NCBI GenBank assembly: GCA_951406725.2
Contig: OX597822.1
Span: 65,596,001-65,660,000 of the forward strand
From: Octopus vulgaris
Taxonomy: Eukaryota
DNA: 64,000 nt
Direction of reading: 5' to 3'
The notes below the pieces were generated by a model that searched no databases, was not told the origin of the DNA, and saw only the letters and a list, made by a program, of their open reading frames with translations. Shown one piece after another: positions 13,453 through 25,660 of this stretch. The first letter of the stretch is position 1. Each line of letters begins with the position of its first letter. Position numbers and translations under genes: made by a program.

Positions 13453-13780
13453 GGCACATGGTTCAGTGGATAAAACGCTGGGCTCACAATCATGAGGTAG
13501 TGAGTTTGAGTCGCGTACTGGGCTGTGGGATGTGTTCTTAAGCAAGATACTTTATATCACGTTGCTCCAGTTCATTCAGCTGTAGAAATGAGCTGCTGGA
13601 TCACTAGTGCCAAGTTGCATCGGCCTTTTCCTTTCACTTGGATAACATCGGGGGCGCGGAGAGGGGAGGCCGTATGCATGGTTGACTGCTGGTCTTCCGT
13701 AATCAACCTTGCCCGGACATGTGCCTCGGAGGAAACCTTTCTAGGTGCAATATCATTGTCATTCCTAACCAAAGGGCTCT
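13453..13780 (+). mobile_element. SINE family C (head, CORE-like module, tail gamma)
   Basis: tRNA-like head and CACGTTGCTCCAGTTCATTCAGCTG module. The tail matches 57508-57703. Confidence 0.85.
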
Positions 13781-13889
13781 TTTACTTCGATATTCCTTTA
13801 ACGCAAATAAAAGGAAGTTATTGCATGCATTATTATTAGTAAATAGATTCGAACGCTCATGGCTCAGTGGATAGTGTGTCGGGTTGTGG

Positions 13890-14105
13890 GGACGCATGGC
13901 TTAGCGGTTAGAGTTTTCGATTCACGACGTAAGATTGTTATTTCGATTCCTGGACCTGGTTATTGGTTGTGTTCTTGAGAAAATTACTTCATTTCCTGTC
14001 CCTCCAATCCACTCAGTAGATAAAAATGAGTAATCGTGCAATGAACCGGCGTTCCATCCAAGAAGGAATATATACGTTAGAGAAACCAGGAAATTGGCCT
14101 TATCC
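13890..14105 (+). mobile_element. SINE family C (head, CORE-like module, tail alpha)
   Basis: GGACGCATGGCTTAGCGGTTAG A-box, TTTCGATTCC B-box and CTCCAATCCACTCAG module. Confidence 0.8.
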
Positions 14106-14283
14106 TCCTTGTGGAGTGATGTGGAGTAACCAGTACAATCGGAATATATACTCCAGAGAAACCAGGAAATTGACCCTAGCCTCTTAGTGGAGTAATGTGG
14201 GGTAACCAGTACATTCGGAATATATACGTCAGAGAAACTAGGAAAACGTGCCCTATCCTCCTGGTGGAGTAAAGTGGAGTAAA
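14065..14283 (+). repeat. Tandem repeat, about 3 x 76 bp, derived from SINE tail plus flank
   Basis: GGAATATATAC...GAGAAAC.AGGAAA...GTGGAGT recurs at 14065, 14141 and 14217. Confidence 0.85.
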
Positions 14284-14854
14284 TATTTTATCGTTAAAGT
14301 AGTTGAAGAAAAGAAGTATAGAAAAATATTATAAATGCAAAAAATACATCAAGTGGTGTATATAGTGGAGCATATCCGTCGTTCCACGATGAGGATTTGT
14401 GTTTGATCAACCAATTATACTGTTCCTGAGTGGCTGAGTACACTACAGAGTCTTTGACCCGTAAAGTAATTTTCAGGCGGAACCATCGCGACAGGGAATT
14501 TGATAAGCCTCTACATTTTAATTTACAAGTACGATCCGGTCAGCACGCTGCTGAAACAGTTTCGGGTCTACCTTATTAAACGCATAAGGTACAGGCTGGA
14601 AGTTTTTTAGGTTGAAAGTGTGCTTTGGAAGGGTTGGATTATATGTATGACAGAGGTATAATGGCGGACGGAAAGAAAATCTTTTTGACAGATGCGTGAA
14701 GAGAAAGGGAGGTAAGAGTAGTAGAAGAAGAGAAGAAAAAAGAGAAACCGTAACGCGAGCGAGTGAGTGGGCGTATGGCGCGTGTGAACGTGATTTGGCG
14801 AGCTAATGTGTCATTGATATTCAAAATGTGACACAGTGAAAAAATTCTGCGTGC

Positions 14855-14923
<69 letters not shown>

Positions 14924-14924
14924 C

Positions 14925-14959
<35 letters not shown>

Positions 14960-15280
14960 TGGATCCATCACAGAAAAAATGAATAAAACGACGTATGTAT
15001 ATGTGTATGTATATATAAATGCATATACACACGAACACACACACACATACACACAGATAAAATAAGGCGATTTCTGACAGTGAAATGGCCGATCTATGAG
15101 ATATACACCGAATATCATCGTACGTTGAATATCTCGCAAAATATTTAATATACACGAACACATCTAGTATCACAGCATGAATGCTATATATCGCTTTTAA
15201 GAGAAGGTACTTTCTCTCTATCGCTCTATCGCTCTATCAGTCTGTCATTATACCTGCGTATCTCTCTTTGCCTGTCTTTC

Positions 15281-15356
<76 letters not shown>

Positions 15357-15360
15357 ACAT

Positions 15361-15396
<36 letters not shown>

Positions 15397-15658
15397 ATAG
15401 TTGTAATATAATATGTGATAATTATTCGGCTGCCATAATAAAACTCCGAGTTTCGGATATCGGGGTGGAAACCTACACCGGCATTACTACAGTTATCGAG
15501 GCAATTAAAATATGCTGTATATGTATATATATATATATATGAGATAAAATTACTTGGAAATGGATGCGTAGTCTTCAATCATATAATACATATAATAAAA
15601 TAAATAATAATATATATATGTATATGCACATATACATTACATATATGTACATACTTAC

Positions 15659-15699
<41 letters not shown>

Positions 15700-15756
15700 T
15701 GTATGTATATATGTACATATATATATATATATATACATCCAATAATTATAAGCATA

Positions 15757-16105
15757 ATTATAATTAGGGTTCAGCAAATTGCATCACCACATACCGAAAT
15801 TTATAAATAGCAGTTAAATGCTATTCCTGTACCATAAGATTCCTCTACCCAGACAACAATACTCACAATTCATGCAGGTAGGTAAAGAGAAAAATAGCGA
15901 ATCCACCCGGCTTTGATCAGCCACATACGCGTTTCTGGATTAAAGAGATGTAAAATTTTAATTTTTATTCACTTATTTCAGTCTTTAGTGTAGTATTTCA
16001 ATTGTAAATTTCAGAGTACTAATAATTAAATACGTATCCGACTTAGCGACATCGTATAGCTAATATCCCTAAACCAGCACTGCCGAATTTATACAGACGA
16101 GTGAG
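15757..16105 (-). mobile_element. PLE pLTR-like family D copy with decayed hammerhead
   Basis: Shares TAATTAGGGTTCAGCAAA...CACCACATACCGAAATTT with 21169 and 23880. The minus strand at 15921-15993 reads CTACA-CTAAAGA...GAAA-CGCG-TA-TGTGG. Confidence 0.6.
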
Positions 16106-16192
16106 CTGATGTGTCATTGATACTCAAAATGCGAGACAGTCAAAAACTGGTGAGTGCATGAGTGTGTATATATATATATAAAATTAATGGGA

Positions 16193-16258
16193 CCATGCTG
16201 ATGAAGGTTGCACTTTTCCTTGCGGAAAATAACAACCGAAACTAAATTTAGTACATGG
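16193..16258 (+). ncRNA. Type I hammerhead ribozyme motif, intact core and three stems, inside a ~230-bp (TA)n-flanked insert (16181-16411)
   Basis: CCATG-CTGATGA-A-GGTTG..TTTTCC-TTGC-GGAAAA..CAACC-GAAA-CTAAATTTAG-TA-CATGG. Confidence 0.85.
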
Positions 16259-16409
16259 GTAAATATTTATTTCGTATATTTTTCACTTGTTTATTGCATT
16301 GGTTTTGTGTTGAGTTTGATCTGAGAACATAGACTTTTTGTGGAAAATGCCGATTTGACGTCTATATCTAGCATGTTGACTGTCCACTTTTCGTGTTCAG
16401 TCCTTAATT

Positions 16410-16461
<52 letters not shown>

Positions 16462-16472
16462 TGGGTCCCTCA

Positions 16473-17325
16473 CATATATGGGTACAGGACTTCACAAAAC
16501 GTCAACGACATGAAACATGAGGCAAACTTGTGTATGCGAACAACGAGAGAAAGAAATGGGGAACAAAGCAAGTAACATAAAGTATAACCCTTCATCAGTT
16601 GTCGGCTGTTCATCTACTCCACATTTCGATCAATTCACAACAATATGTGGCTTCATGTTGTTTTCGTTTTGTGATACCCTGTACCCATATATGCATATAT
16701 ATATATGTGGGGGGGGTGTATGTGTGTGTATGTACCTGTATATATGTATGTGTATATATATATATATGAAATTATATATATTATTTATATTATTGTATAA
16801 TAGAACGCCGCGCCTCCCTTTCCAAGTAAGTTCATCTTAGCAATTCTGATGCGATTCTACCCCCTACTGTTCTCTCTCATCCTTCGTCTATTTTTTTTCT
16901 CCCCTTCACCGTTATCTATCTGTCTCCTCTCCTATTCTTTCTCTTGTCAAAGACAATATTCCTCCGCGTTCGCTACCTTACTTCTTCTGGCCTAACGGCC
17001 CTCCACATTTGTTTTCGTTTGGCTTGTTGTATATCTCCACAGTCCTGTTTTCCTTACCAGCTTTGACCCTCCGCAAAATCTCAAACTTCATTTTGGTTCG
17101 CGGGATCAACTGCTTTGTCGAAGCCTCATAGTGTCGTGAAGTGCTCGAAATGTGGAGTAGATGAAAAGCTGGCAACTGATGAAGGGTTTTTTCTTTATGT
17201 TACTTGTTTTGTTTTCCTCTTGTTTCTCTCGATGTTTGCATATCCATGTTTGCCGCGTATTTCCTGTTGTTTTCGTATTTCATGTTGTTTACCTTTTGTG
17301 ATGTCCTGCACCCATATATGCATAT
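16473..17325. mobile_element. PLE pLTR-like family E: inverted copy (16473-16629, -) plus sense copy (~16800-17325, +)
   Basis: TCGAAATGTGGAGTAGATGAA...AACTGATGAAGGGTT...GTCCTG.ACCCATATATG occurs in both orientations. A related copy lies at 62950-63345. Confidence 0.65.
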
Positions 17326-17754
17326 TTACATACGTATATATATAAGTATGTACATATATGCATGCATATATGCATATATACATATACATACACACATACA
17401 CAGAAGCAGACACACACACACATATATATATGCGTGGGTGTGTGCGTGTGTACTTATACATATATGCGAGTTAATTCGTACACCATTATATAAAGTTTAC
17501 CGATTCCTGTTTTGACATCTCTAGATCTTTCTCCCCGTGTGTGTAATTACATATATACATACACATAAACAGACTCACACACACACATACACACACAATC
17601 ACACACACACACACACACACACGTATATATATACACAGCCATGGTACAAAAATGTTTAGACATATCGTAAGTTTGTTTTCTAAAATTCCATTTATTTGAG
17701 AGCATCTTACACGTGCGTGTGTGTGTGTGTGTGAACATATGTTTGTCAATATGT

Positions 17755-17785
<31 letters not shown>

Positions 17786-18289
17786 AGTTAGTGTCTTGAA
17801 GTGTCGTTGTTCGTTTTTGTATTGGTACGTATTCCATCTGTATGTATTGTCTTACAAGCATCAAAAATACATTTGCACACCATACTAAAATAATCTGATA
17901 CACTCAAAGCTGGAAACCACATAAATCGCTAAAACGCACCGACTGAGTAACGAAACAAACGCAAGGCTGATCCTCACATATATAAATGAAGAAACCTTCT
18001 CTTGATGTGAAGATTATTGAAGGAAACCTTAAAAACAGCAAGTGTAACAAGATTATAATCAGGTAACATGGAAAGCATTTGTTGGATTTGAAGTGAGACC
18101 AGAATATGCTAATTCTTGTTTTTTATCATTGTTACTATAGTAATGATTTTGTTATTGCAGGCATTCACGCTGAGAAGAACGAAGACGACAAAATTTGTAG
18201 TGATGTTGAAGTTACAGTTTCACTAAATTCTGTTATTTCGTTGTTAATATTTTAAACTGGTTGGTAGAGTGGGTTAATAAAAATAATAT

Positions 18290-18534
18290 GTTCCTTCTCA
18301 AGCCATGTCAGGCACATAAGGGTCGGTTTCCCGGTTTCAGTGGCGTAGAAATTCCTCACCAGGATGGGACATCAGTCCGTCGCAGGATTACTCATTTTTG
18401 CCTGCTGAGTGGACTGGAGCAACATGAAATGAAGTGTTTTGCCCAAGAATACAATGCATTACCCGGTCCAGGATTCGAAACCACAACCTTACGATCATTA
18501 GTTCAACACCTTAACCACTAAGCCACGCGCCTCC
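18290..18534 (-). mobile_element. SINE family C (head, CORE-like module, V-domain-like tail alpha) with TSD
   Basis: GGAGGCGCGTGGCTTAGTGGTT head and CCTGCGACGGACTGATGTCCCATCC tail. TSD AATAAAAATAATA at 18276-18288 and 18537-18549. Confidence 0.9.
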
Positions 18535-18610
18535 AAAATAAAAATAATACATATAAAAAATATGAAATATAATCATCGCTTATATATCAATTTATGACTA
18601 TCAGTTCTAA

Positions 18611-18676
18611 AGCGGCGAGCTGGCAGAAATGTTAGCACTCCGGGGGTAAATGCATAGCGGTATTTCATCGTCACCA
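18611..18676 (+). mobile_element. SINE family B head fragment
   Basis: AGCGGCGAGCTGGCAGAAATGTTAGCAC. Confidence 0.7.
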
Positions 18677-18703
18677 TTAATACATTTGGACTGATAGTCA
18701 TAA

Positions 18704-19506
18704 ATTCTTTTCTACTCTAGGCACAAGACCCGAACTTTCTACTCTAGGCAGAAAACCCGAACTTTTGTGGTTAGGAGCCAGTGGTTAGGATCGATCCCAG
18801 TACACAAATGGTACTTAATTTATAGATCCCGAGAGAATGAAAGGAGAAGTCGACCTCGGCAGAATTTGAACTCAGAACCTAAAGACAGGCGAAATACCTA
18901 TTTCTTTACTACCCACAAGAGGCTAAACACAGAGGAGACAAGCAAGGACAGACAAACGGATTAAATCGACCCCAGTGCGTAACTGGTACTTAATTTATCG
19001 ACCCCGAAGGATGAAAGGCAAAGTCAACCTCGGCGGAATTTGAATTCAGAACGTAACGGCAGACAAAATACCCATTTCTTTTCTTCCCAGAAGGGGCTAA
19101 ACACAGAGGTGACAAACAAGGACAGACAGACAGATTAAGTCGATTATATTCACACCAGTGTGTAGCTGGTACTTAATTTATCGACCCCGAAAGGATGAAA
19201 TGCAGAGTCGACCTCGGTAGAATTTGAACTCAGAACGTAACGACAGACGAAATACCGCTAAGCATTTCGCCCGGCATGCTAACGTTTCTGATTCCTTTAC
19301 TGCCCACAAGGCGCTAAACACAGAGGGGACAAACGGTTTAAATCGATTATATCGACCCCAGTGCGTAACTGGTACTTATTTAATCAACCCCGAAAGGATG
19401 AAAGGCAAAGTCGACCTCGCTGGAATTTGAACTCAGAACGTAGCGGCAGACGAAATACCGGCAAGCATTTCGCCCGGCGTGCTAACGATTCTGCCAGCTC
19501 GCTGCC
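18704..19506 (-). mobile_element. Tandem array of four SINE family B bodies behind one complete head
   Basis: TGAAAGG..AAGTC.ACCTCGG..GAATTTGAA.TCAGAAC recurs at about 18838, 19012, 19196 and 19399. The complete head is at 19470-19506. Confidence 0.88.
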
Positions 19507-20965
19507 TTGTAAGAAAGACATATTACAAGTGAAACAAAGGAAGTGAGGGACATATGTTTTATAATGCACATGGTATGCAGAAGACGAGAATGAGAAGTAA
19601 AGTGAGGCAGAGAAAGAAAGAGATAGCAAGAAAATTAAATAATTATCTCGAAAAAAAGTGGGGGGGAAGAATCAGAGATACAGTGTGTATATATTATATA
19701 AACGCATGCACTGAAACTATATTTAAGCGTTAGATATTCACGCATTTAGTGAAAACTATATTTTTAAACTCAAAGATAACTTGTTACCATCCACTCTCCT
19801 AGGTCCTTCCCTCCACAAATATTTTTTAAAAACATGATAACCTATAAAAGCGAGAGAAAGAGAGAAAATCAAAACTGAAGTACAGATAGCTATGATTCAG
19901 GTGTATCTAGGGAAACTACAAGTAATTTCCAATTTAATTTTTCCATAGTTTAGATAAAATATATCTGGAATATTGTTTTAAAACCAGTATCGCAGAAGAT
20001 GCAAAAAACTTTACGATAAAATGCTGCCAAAATGAATTGCATCGCATAATAACTTTTTTTGTCCTTGGCAAATCAAAGTATATTAAAAGAAAAAAAATGA
20101 GGAAAAATAGGAATAACACCCAAAGGCGACGTAGCTTGCGCTGCTATATTTTTAATCAAGGCTTTTGACAGGTGTATGCATATATTGTACATTGTAGTTG
20201 GTATAAAAAAAAATAAATAAAGACTGAATCCTAACATCGAAAATTTTTTTACTGTTACTTCAATTATATTTTTGTAATATGTATGTATAAACATTTGTGT
20301 ATATTCGGATGTAGCTCTCCCTCTCTCCCCTTCTTTCTATTATATGTACCTCTCACCCTCCCTCTTTCTCTCTTATATAAATATATATATATGTATGTAT
20401 ATGCATATGTATATATATATATGTATGTATATGCATATGTATATATATATATATGTATATATCTTTATGTGTGTGTTTATGTATATATACAACAAGTGCA
20501 TACACAAATAGACACACACACAAACACACACATACACACACATATATATTAATATACCAATCTGTCCGGATATGACAAATATGTTTTCTTTAAATCCTAT
20601 ACACTTACGTTTTATTCTTTATTTCCCCATGTTCCTCTAAGTTCTTCGGAGGAATTTTATATACCGTTGTCATTGTTGATGCAAATATAACAGATATATT
20701 TCCTTCAAACCAGTTTTTAATGCTCAAAAGTAATAAGGGATATCTATACGATCGAGATATCTATTTATTTTGTTTATGCCAACAGCGATATTACTTATGC
20801 ATTATAATGACGTAGATATTCTAATATCTACGTCAAAGCAGAATGCGACCACATAAACACAGATGGTGTCAGACTGACAAACGAATATATACACATATTT
20901 CTCTCACTCTCTCTCGATAAATACATACATATATGTATATACATTACATACTTATATATATATAT

Positions 20966-21166
20966 CACTGTGATCACCGTGACCGACCAGGCTATCAGAT
21001 GTTGCTACTCATCGCTGGTCACAATGCACTTTGCATTGTTTTAGCCTTCAAATGTCTCCACTCCGCTGGCTAAGCGAGCAGTCCAATAGAAGAAAGAGTG
21101 AGAGAAAGTTGTGGCGAAAGAGTACAGCAGGGTTCGCCACCACCCCCTGCCGGAGCCTCGTGGAGT
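20966..21166 (-). mobile_element. SINE family C fragment (module delta plus tail epsilon)
   Basis: CTCCACGAGGCTCCGGCAGGGGGTGGTGGCGAACCCTGCTGTACTCTTTC is shared with 57300-57390 and 59060-59140. Confidence 0.75.
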
Positions 21167-21168
21167 AC

Positions 21169-21815
21169 AATTATAATTAGGGTTCAGCAAAAATTTGCTT
21201 CACCACTTACCGAAATTTAGAAATAGCAGTTAAACTACTATTTTACTACCATAAGAAAATCTCCCAGACAGCAATACTCAACAACTCACGCAGGTAAACA
21301 GAAAAAGTAACGAATCCACCCGGCTCTCATTAGCTGCATACTCGTTTCAGTACAGTAATTCAAGATTTTAAATGAAACATACCTATCTGATCAAGCGACA
21401 TCAGACAACGTATATCCAACGACCAGTACTTCCGAATTCAAACAGACGAATGAGATCTCGCATTCCTCTCACTCACCCACGTTTGCCAACGAGTAAAATT
21501 CCACAAAACGCGCAGTTTACTACCAGGGAGAGAATTATATTATCAATAAAATAAAGGGTAAAATTAATTAATTAATAATTAATAATTTTACCAAGAAGTT
21601 CGGTATGTTAAAAGAACCATTATCGGTAAACCTATACAAAAATTCTATGATTATGTGTATAATTATAATTAGGGTTCAGCAAAATTTACTTCACCACATA
21701 CCGAAATTTAGAAATAACAGTTAAACTACTATTTCTAAGTAAAACTGCTATTTCTAAATTTCGGTATACGCTGAAGCAAATTTTGCTGAACCCTAATTAT
21801 AATTATACTCATAAA
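21169..21815. mobile_element. Family D: partial tandem (492-bp period) plus terminal inversion
   Basis: AATTATAATTAGGGTTCAGC occurs at 21169 and 21661, with an inverted copy at about 21743-21812. Confidence 0.75.
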
Positions 21816-22084
21816 TATAATTATGATACACACTAAGATCATAATTAGTTCTCCTCTCAACATACATCAACAACCTCATCATTTGACTCCAGAAAATTGT
21901 CTAGTTATCTATTTAATAGATTTTTTTCCCTTTAAGTTATGGCAGATTAATATCGCTGTGTGGTCAAATACAACGTCTTCCATCGGACGAATTTTGATAA
22001 CAATTGACACACCGCCAGCATACGACTGGTCGAACCATTTTGCCATATGTAGCACTGTCCACAGGATCAAGTTCTCGCTCTACT

Positions 22085-22200
22085 TCATCATCATCATTAT
22101 CATCATCATCATCATCTTCTTCTTCTTCTTCTTCTTCTTCTTCTTCTTCTTCTTCTTCTTCTTCTTCTTCTTCTTCTTCTTCTTCTTCTTCTTCTTCTTT
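22085..22200. repeat. (ATC)n(TTC)n microsatellite
   Basis: Read directly. Confidence 0.95.
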
Positions 22201-22448
22201 TCGACTTCCTCCTTTTCGACTTTCTCCTTTTCGACTTCTTTTAATCGTTTTCCTCCTCCTCCTTCCCTCTCTCCCTCCTATCATTACACGTATATATATA
22301 TATGCTGGAAATATATATTCATTTCAATATATATTTGTGATAAGTGTTTGTTCTGCCAATCGAACACCTACTATAAGCTATACTCAGCTGTAACACACAA
22401 CTTGAAGAAAACTGAAGGAATATATTATCGTTTTTGTCCCCTTTATTA

Positions 22449-22588
22449 TTAGGTTGTCCCAAAAGTTCGTAAACACTTGCGAAAATTGAATTTTTACTCG
22501 CCAAGTACTAACAAAAACAACAAAAATTATTCCTCAAAATAAAGACCATATTTTCCAAGACTTTCTACGAACTTTTGGGACAACCTTA
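22449..22588. mobile_element. Tc1/mariner-type MITE, 140 bp
   Basis: TIRs TTAGGTTGTCCCAAAAGTTCGTA / TACGAACTTTTGGGACAACCTTA are flanked by TA on both sides (22447-22448, 22589-22590). Confidence 0.85.
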
Positions 22589-23616
22589 TATTATTTTTTT
22601 AAAAGATATTATGGTGAAAATCACAGAATATTTAGCTGATACATATACTTTGTAGAGCACATTGGGTTACCAAATTTAGATCGAAAAAAATACCAGTTAT
22701 AATCTAGGCTTGCTCCAATTACGTTTACAAATAACTGGCTTTGAAGCAATGGCTGAAATAAAATATGTAAAATCAATGATAAATTGATCAAATGAGGAAC
22801 AGACATAAGAGCTTCAATCTACAAATGTATGTGAATCCTCGCTGAGATATTGATAAATAATACTTGTGTATTCTCGCTTACGTGTATTCCTAACCTCTCC
22901 ATTGAAAGCACAATAAAATATCACCCCCCCCAAAAAAAAAAGAAAAACAAACAAAGATTCTGAAAGAATCTAAGAGTTAGTAGAGATACGCAAGTATCTC
23001 AAGTGTTACAAAATACTCTGAGAAAAACAGAACAAATAACGCAAATAACGGTTATAACACAAGAAAAATTTCGAAGAAATATTATACGAATCATAATATA
23101 TTCTGATAAAAAATTTGAATGAAATATGTTTTCTCTCCGTTCTAAAGATTTTCTTGGAAACTTCAGTACTCTCTTAACCCGATGGCATACGAAGTCATGC
23201 AAATCTTCGAACTTTATGAGTGGCAACGGTTACTATGGAGATATTGAAAATCCATGTTTTCGGGAGTGATGGAATGGTCAACGAAATGTATATGATTTTC
23301 ATCAATCATTGCATGGGAAGTTGTTTATGTACATACCTTGCGGAGATTAAAAAATATCTATCATCGTCGTTGTTTAATCTTTTACTAAGGATGATGCATC
23401 CGACGGGAAATTATAGGGGATTAAAAAGGATGATATGCGATTTACTCGGAATGAAAAGTGAGTCGATGTGCAAGCTTCTTTTATGAATTTTCTTCAGTTT
23501 GGTGGTGATAAATACTGATCGCATTATTTGCAACATCGCCAACTACATATATAGCTTATGTACTATTGCATACGAGCACACATATACAGGCGTACATATC
23601 ATTTGTACATAGTGAA

Positions 23617-23769
<153 letters not shown>

Positions 23770-24018
23770 GGTAAAATTAACTAATTAATTATTAATTACT
23801 AATTTTACCAAGTAGTTCGGTATGTTAAAAGGACAATTATCGGTAACCTTACACAAAAATTCTGTAATTTTGAGTATAATTATAATTAGGGTTCAGCAAA
23901 ACTTGCTTCACCACATACCGAAATTTAGAAATAGCAGTTAAAATCTAGTAGAGTAGTGGTAGAATAGTAGTTTTTAACTGCTATTTCTAATTTTCGGTAT
24001 GTGGTGAAGCAAATTTTA
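23770..24018. mobile_element. Family D fragment with terminal inversion
   Basis: 23770-23942 matches 21557-21725, and 23973-24018 is the inverted copy of its end. Confidence 0.75.
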
Positions 24019-24035
24019 TATATATATATTATTTA

Positions 24036-24216
24036 TGCGCCCTTTTCAAGTCTAGCCAGGTTCATGGGCCCGTTTTCCCGGTTTCTGTGGCGTATGTATT
24101 CCCACCAGCTGAACGGTATGCTATTCCATCGCAGCGCTACTCAAGAAACAGGAAGAGAGAATGAGAGAAAGTTGGGGCGAAAGAGTACAACAGGAGTCGC
24201 CACCACCCCATGCCGG
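24036..24216 (-). mobile_element. SINE family C fragment (module delta plus tail alpha)
   Basis: Colinear with 58950-59130. Confidence 0.75.
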
Positions 24217-24353
24217 AAAATATAAAAGCGCAACAACTTTTATTTCTTTGATTTCACAAATTAACATAAAATCCTAACAGTCAGCAAAACAATCTGGAGT
24301 GGGACCCTATAGGAGTAAAGAGAAATGCTGTATATATTCAGAATATATCAACA

Positions 24354-24911
24354 CGAGCAAAACGTTCCCCGTCCAATGGACGGTGCTGAATTGTCAAACA
24401 TTTAAACCAGATTTTCTAAAAGCAACTTGTCCGACCGTCCCATAGGCCTCCCCTTTGAAAAACATTGATTTAACCTAAAATTGAGACACCAGCAAAAGAA
24501 GAAATAAAGATAGACTTTTTTCTATTCCAAACAAAAATGATTTTATTCACACAAATATGCAGCCGAAGAGTTTAAAGTACCAGTAATGATAAGGCTGTTG
24601 ACTGGGAGAACACAAACATGGTTTAAACAGTAAGCTTGGCAGGGAAGAAACGTGCCTTGAAACAGTACAAAAACAACAAAAAATGGAAGGTGCAGTTATG
24701 TACAGGTTGACGGAAGAAAAGCAGGATAAAAACGGCTTTATCGATCGCATTCTCGCCTGGAATCGATTTTTGTAATTTTCGCAAGACTTATACACGCCCT
24801 GATACCGTTGGTATCTACATAACAAATTTGAGCGCAATAGGATGGAGGATGCCTGAGATCCAAGAAGACACACACACAGACAGACTGGACGGATTTTATA
24901 TATATAATAGA
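24354..24911 (-). mobile_element. Probable non-autonomous Helitron
   Basis: The minus strand starts A^TCTATTATATATATAAAA...(CTGT)/(GT) repeats and ends with hairpin CCGTCCA-T-TGGACGG, then CTCG^T (CTAG-like). There is no TSD, and the empty site is visible in the adjacent duplicate near 25030-25047. Confidence 0.7.
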
Positions 24912-25096
24912 TTATGCTCAATGTTGACTTCAACTTTTATTTCTTTGATTTACAAAATTAAAATAAAATCCTAACAGTTAGCAAAACAATCTATAGGGGT
25001 AAAGGGAAATGCTGTATATATTCGGAATATATATCAGCAATTATGCTAGATATTGGCTGTATATATTCGGAATATATCAATAATTATGATAAATGC

Positions 25097-25401
25097 CGGT
25101 TTCAAATTCTGGCACAAGTCCACCAAGTTCGCAGGAGGGGTAAAGTTAAATACGTCGGCTCCTTTGCTCAATACTCTTTACTCTTTTACTCTTTTATGTG
25201 TTTCAAGCATTTGACTGTGGCCTTGCTGGAGCACAGCCTTTAGTCGAGCAAATCGACCCCAGGACTTATTCTTTGTAAGCCTAGTACTTATTTTATCGGT
25301 CTCTTTTGCCAAACCGCTAGGTGATGGTGATGTAAACACACCAGCATCGGTTATCAAGCGATGTTAGGAGGACAAACACAGACATACAATGATACACACA
25401 C

Positions 25402-25447
<46 letters not shown>

Positions 25448-25660
25448 GACGGGCTTTTTTCAGTTTCCGTCTACCAAATCCAAGCCTTTGGTCGGCCCGA
25501 GGCTATAGTAGAAGACACTTACACGCAGTGAGACTGAAACCGGAACCACCTGGTTCGTAAGCAAGATACTTACCACACAGCCATTCCTATTCCTACAATG
25601 GGTACTAGTTTTAACGACTCCAAATTAATGATAAGCAAAGTCAACCTTGGCGGAATTTAC
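25097..25660 (-). mobile_element. Decayed SINE family B split by a nested family A copy
   Basis: The B tail at 25097-25170 and the B core (GCAAAGTCAACCTTGGCGGAATTT) at 25598-25660 flank the A copy. Confidence 0.55.
25172..25593 (-). mobile_element. SINE family A
   Basis: Colinear with the other family A copies, including the internal microsatellite. Confidence 0.9.

Noticed and set aside
20808-20835. 13-bp perfect hairpin TGACGTAGATATT-CT-AATATCTACGTCA
   Set aside because: It is isolated, single-copy and has no associated element features, so no function can be argued.
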